This document shows positions 60,423 to 64,000 of a DNA stretch of 64,000 bases, one piece after another (within the stretch, counting starts at the first letter, position 1; each line of letters starts with the position of its first letter). The stretch is from NCBI GenBank assembly GCA_965209085.1, contig OZ242376.1:1248001-1312000 (forward strand). Reading direction: 5' to 3'. Position numbers and translations under genes: made by a program. This stretch comes from Nitrosopumilaceae archaeon. GTDB taxonomy: Archaea > Thermoproteota > Nitrososphaeria > Nitrososphaerales > Nitrosopumilaceae. Below the pieces are notes generated by a model, which worked only from the letters and a program-made list of their open reading frames with translations, did no database searches and was not told the DNA's origin.

Positions 60423-62048
60423 ATGAATAATAGTATGGTAAATCAGATAGAAGCACCAACAGAGATCAACCGCAAAGTTCATGGTGTAGATATTGCAAGC
60501 AGATCGGAAGATGTACGTCGCATCGAAGACGATTATTGGCAAGTACGATCTCAAACATTGCGGTATGAGACATGGTACAATTTGGTTCATACAGAAAATG
60601 GCTGGATATGTGATTGCCCTGACATGCAACTCAACAAGGCAATATGCAAGCACTCTCATGCCATGAAGTTTTTCATGAAAATTTATGATGCACGTAACGG
60701 TATGACACAGGTTCCAGATGAGATATCCCATGAATGCAAAGATGTTCGGATAATTGCCAAAAATCATTATGCTGTAGAATCAAGCACTTCTGACAAATCA
60801 TATCGGGTGGAAAAATTGGCAAAGGCGGACGTCTGGGTCTGTGAATGCAGGGATTTTCATCGTAAACTTCGAACAAATCCCAAAAAACCCTGCAAGCATA
60901 TTCGTGCATGTATGAATATTGCAAACTCTCCAATAAAACCCACAAAAATCATGACCACGAGTATACCTCCAATATGCCCTAGATGTAATTCAACTTCCAT
61001 AATAAAATCTGGATTCCGTACAATCAAAAATAAAATAAAACGCCAAAGATATTTTTGCCAGCAATGCAAGCGTAAATTCATTCTAGGTGAAAACGGTTTT
61101 TCCAAAGTCAGCTCTGATCCGAAAATAATTACAGAATCTTTGAATCTGATAATGTCCGGGGTATCGTATAGGGATATATCTAGGCACATTAAGGTGTCTC
61201 ATAACATAGATATCAGTCATGTTGCCATCTGCAAATGGGTGCAAAAATACACTCAAATCATGAAAACATATGTGGAAAAAACATACCCAAAAATCGGTCC
61301 GGATGTATGGTCTTTGGATGAGATGGTGTTGAATGTCAAGGCTACCAAGAAAGGCAGCAAGGGGTTCAGCGTCTGGCTTTGGACCATAATTGATCCGCAA
61401 ACCCGTTACATCATATCCACGGAAGTTTCAAAGAAACGAGAAATAGATGATGCTAGAAGTATTATCGCCAAGGGGAAAAACAACACATCTGTAAATCCCT
61501 CGTATGTGGTCACAGATTCGTTACAATCCTATGCGGGGGCAATACGCAAAGAGTTGGATAATCGACGTACTGCACATATTAAAACAAAGGCAATCAAAAA
61601 CGAATTTGCTAACAGGCCTGTAGAGCGTGCGCATAATGAAATGAGGGAGAAATTATCTGCAAGAAGAGGGTTGGGAAATGACAAATCATCTCAAAATTTT
61701 ATGGAACTGTTTCAGATCCACCACAACCTGATCCGGCCGCACATGGGTCTTAATGGTAAAACGCCAGGAGAAGTGGCAGGAATTAGTCCGGATTTGGGAG
61801 AAAACAAGTACCGTACTTTGATTCAAAATGCATCAACAAAAGCCACTTTTGCCTCTGCGCTTAAGAATCGTATCCAGTATGTCAATATCGATAATAACGG
61901 AGATCGGATTCGTGTAACGCAGAAAGGCTGGCTAGATAAGAAGGTCTGGAGAGAGATTAATGATATTTTGAGCCTTTATGGGTTTGAGTGGGATTCTAAT
62001 GATGGGCGAGGGTTTTGGATAAAAGACGAATTGTGTAGAGCCCATTAA
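60423..62048 (+). CDS. DDE transposase (IS6/IS240-like core) with two SWIM fingers, IS1-like Zn ribbon and HTH
   Basis: CDC..CKH, CEC..CKH, CPRC..K.G..RYFCQQC, WSLDE, VTDSL..Y, N..VER, N..RPH.GL.GKTP; uninterrupted. Confidence 0.88.
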   Translation: MNNSMVNQIEAPTEINRKVHGVDIASRSEDVRRIEDDYWQVRSQTLRYETWYNLVHTENGWICDCPDMQLNKAICKHSHAMKFFMKIYDARNGMTQVPDEISHECKDVRIIAKNHYAVESSTSDKSYRVEKLAKADVWVCECRDFHRKLRTNPKKPCKHIRACMNIANSPIKPTKIMTTSIPPICPRCNSTSIIKSGFRTIKNKIKRQRYFCQQCKRKFILGENGFSKVSSDPKIITESLNLIMSGVSYRDISRHIKVSHNIDISHVAICKWVQKYTQIMKTYVEKTYPKIGPDVWSLDEMVLNVKATKKGSKGFSVWLWTIIDPQTRYIISTEVSKKREIDDARSIIAKGKNNTSVNPSYVVTDSLQSYAGAIRKELDNRRTAHIKTKAIKNEFANRPVERAHNEMREKLSARRGLGNDKSSQNFMELFQIHHNLIRPHMGLNGKTPGEVAGISPDLGENKYRTLIQNASTKATFASALKNRIQYVNIDNNGDRIRVTQKGWLDKKVWREINDILSLYGFEWDSNDGRGFWIKDELCRAH

Positions 62049-62081
62049 ACATTTTTATGGGTATTTTACATATGTCAACTA

Positions 62082-62360
62082 TTGGTATATTACATAGTGT
62101 CATTTGATTTGGAAGATCCAAACAACAATGATTATGAATCCATATATTCACGCATGAATAATAAATTTCCAAAGTCATGTAAAATATTGTCTACAACATG
62201 CTTGATTAAATCAAATGATAACATTGACACAATAAGAGATTGGTTTCAAATGTGTACAGATGATGAAAATAATATTTCTGTATTTGTCGCAGAGTGGGAA
62301 GGTTATTCAGCTTGGATTACTGAAACTGCAAGAAAAGCGATAGAAGAAATATTAAACTAA
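62082..62360 (+). CDS. Cas2/VapD-like small ferredoxin-fold protein
   Basis: YIVSFDL....DY......L.T..I pattern; 92 aa. Confidence 0.6.
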   Translation: MVYYIVSFDLEDPNNNDYESIYSRMNNKFPKSCKILSTTCLIKSNDNIDTIRDWFQMCTDDENNISVFVAEWEGYSAWITETARKAIEEILN

Positions 62361-62388
62361 CATGCATATAAAATTATTATTACAAAAT

Positions 62389-62631
62389 TCATATTTTTGC
62401 CATCTTGATGATTCTTGGGCACAATCGTAGCAACAGTATAAAAATAGGTATGGCGAAAACTATGCTCACGGTGTTAATGGCGTCAATGTATTGCGTGTTA
62501 TTTATTATTGTTTCAAATAATTTTCCAAATATGCCTTTATCGGTTATCTGATGAATTAATGCTGTTATTAATATCAAAACTAGTGCATAACATACGCTGT
62601 TCTTCTCGCTTATCTTTGGAGAATCAAACAA
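62389..62631 (-). CDS. small 2-TM protein
   Basis: Two hydrophobic helices; 7 nt after the upstream gene. Confidence 0.55.
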   Translation of the reverse strand: MFDSPKISEKNSVCYALVLILITALIHQITDKGIFGKLFETIINNTQYIDAINTVSIVFAIPIFILLLRLCPRIIKMAKI

Positions 62632-62638
62632 AACTCAT

Positions 62639-63181
62639 TCAACTATGTCTTTTCCTTAAAAATTGGAATAACATCGTAGTCGAATAACCTGCTAATATGG
62701 TTGCGGCAATATAATTTAAAGGGCTATCGAACATTAGATATGCTAGTAGGGATAACAAGTATGATGAACCAAAAAATAATATTCTTGCAAGACGAGGAGA
62801 TTTTGTAACTGAGGATGAATGTTTTTTACTAATATTTTGAGCCATGATTTCCTTAAAAATTGGGTTTGTGGAATATACTGATTTTACACTTGCAGTGTTT
62901 TTTGAAGATGGTTTCTCAACAGGTTCAAATTCTACAATCTGTTCTTCTTTTCCATTATTTTTTATGGATTTAAAATGAATAATTATTACTTCTCCTTTAT
63001 GATGTACTTTATATACATATTTTTTTGAATCATTTGTATTGTTGATTGTGTTTAGAAGTGATTCATGTGGCACATTTTTTAATTCTGTATCTGCAAATAC
63101 AATTTTAGTTCGTTTTATATTTTGAGCCTTATCTATGTCTTCATCTATGATTTCTTTTAGAATAACATTGTTTTGAGTCAT
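62639..63181 (-). CDS. hypothetical protein with two C-terminal TM helices
   Basis: TAATG overlap with the upstream YwgA-like gene. Confidence 0.65.
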   Translation of the reverse strand: MTQNNVILKEIIDEDIDKAQNIKRTKIVFADTELKNVPHESLLNTINNTNDSKKYVYKVHHKGEVIIIHFKSIKNNGKEEQIVEFEPVEKPSSKNTASVKSVYSTNPIFKEIMAQNISKKHSSSVTKSPRLARILFFGSSYLLSLLAYLMFDSPLNYIAATILAGYSTTMLFQFLRKRHS

Positions 63182-63690
63182 TATACCATATCATGCTTTT
63201 CTAATGTTATTAATACTTTATTACAAGTTTCATGGGTAAATGCCAATTTTTTTCCACAAATATCCAAAAAAGCATGTCGTTTCTCCAACCCAATACCATG
63301 TATCAAATAATGAATAGATGCAGCAATTTCAAGATTGACTGGATTATAATCTAATGAATTCAAAAATTGAGAAAATCTATCATAACATTTTTGATCATTT
63401 TCGCTCAATGTGATTAAAGGTTCTGTAATGTTGGATGAAGATATTATATCGTGTATATATACTCCATCGTGTGTAAGTCTTTTCGAATACGGTCCACATG
63501 GGAACCACTTAAACACATATCCTAAATTTATTCCACATTCTTGTAGAAAGTATATCCCTTTCTGAAATACTGTTCTGGATTCGACCGAGCTTAAATTCAA
63601 TATTTTTGAGTGATGCGCGAGAGACCCCATTACTAATACTTTGGTACCATTATCTGAATCTTCATATTTTATCAACTCAGCAGGTAGCAT
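63181..63690 (-). CDS. YwgA/DUF4065 (SocA/Panacea-related) protein
   Basis: R..FQKGIYFLQ..G....Y.F.W...GPYS..L, LEIAASIHYL. Confidence 0.75.
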   Translation of the reverse strand: MLPAELIKYEDSDNGTKVLVMGSLAHHSKILNLSSVESRTVFQKGIYFLQECGINLGYVFKWFPCGPYSKRLTHDGVYIHDIISSSNITEPLITLSENDQKCYDRFSQFLNSLDYNPVNLEIAASIHYLIHGIGLEKRHAFLDICGKKLAFTHETCNKVLITLEKHDMV

Positions 63691-63850
63691 ACAGTGTTGT
63701 CACATTTATGACAGAATATAAAGATTAGTAACTGTCTAGAATTTTGAAATGATTTGATCATATGATCGAGTATTTTCCACCGTGATCTGGCGTGGTCCAT
63801 TCCAGAACACGCTTTTAGTAAAGTTAGACATGCCGCAGGATTATGGTCCG

Positions 63851-63886
63851 ACTAAACTGATCGTAGTTTGAATTTCTAGGCGCGAA
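63851..63886 (-). repeat. 36-bp inverted repeat, right copy
   Basis: ACTAAACTGATCGTAGTTTGAATTTCTAGGCGCGAA; pairs with 56598-56633. Confidence 0.9.
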
Positions 63887-64000
63887 GCCATCCAAATTCT
63901 AACACCCGAATTTTACAACCTAGTCAAATACGTGAAAACATTCTAAAATTTACCAGAGTAGTTTGCATCCATAGATGATCAAACCAGTTATTTCCTTGCT

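Noticed and set aside
54440-64000. Integron cassette array
   Set aside because: Genes are in mixed orientation with their own promoters, no RYYYAAC...GTTRRRY attC sites were found, and there is no tyrosine integrase in the window

Overview
Archaeal chromosomal DNA, most likely a Nitrosopumilaceae-type thaumarchaeote (inferred from gene families and order: aroB'/aroD/E/K/A/C, PCNA, thiC/thiDN, S24e/S27ae, Pus10, SRP54, eIF5A, hemLCD-cobA, suf, pgk, valS, purB, rtcB, uS11). About 1-41.8 kb and 46.3-51.3 kb are housekeeping genes, with a MoxR-DUF58-vWA operon inserted antisense in the shikimate cluster. There are two AT-rich accessory islands. Island 1 (~41.85-46.28 kb) has IS remnants around an M.HpaII-like C5 methyltransferase paired convergently with a winged-helix/HNH/winged-helix nuclease. 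Island 2 (~51.3 kb to window end) has nested mobile elements: a truncated doc gene hit by an IS3, whose terminal repeat was hit by an IS1111-group IS110 element with a structured putative bridge RNA, itself hit by a 78-bp MITE that has a second copy in a Zn-finger gene. Island 2 also has a second short repeat family, two Panacea/YwgA-like modules with membrane partners, a stand-alone voltage-sensor domain, and a ~7.3 kb segment bounded by 36-bp inverted repeats. That segment carries an intact SWIM-SWIM-Zn-HTH-DDE transposase, a divergent RHH gene with an operator-like site, and cargo. Several short genes missing from the ORF track were read directly. No rRNA, tRNA or CRISPR array was recognised. 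All family calls come from motif recognition, not database searches.
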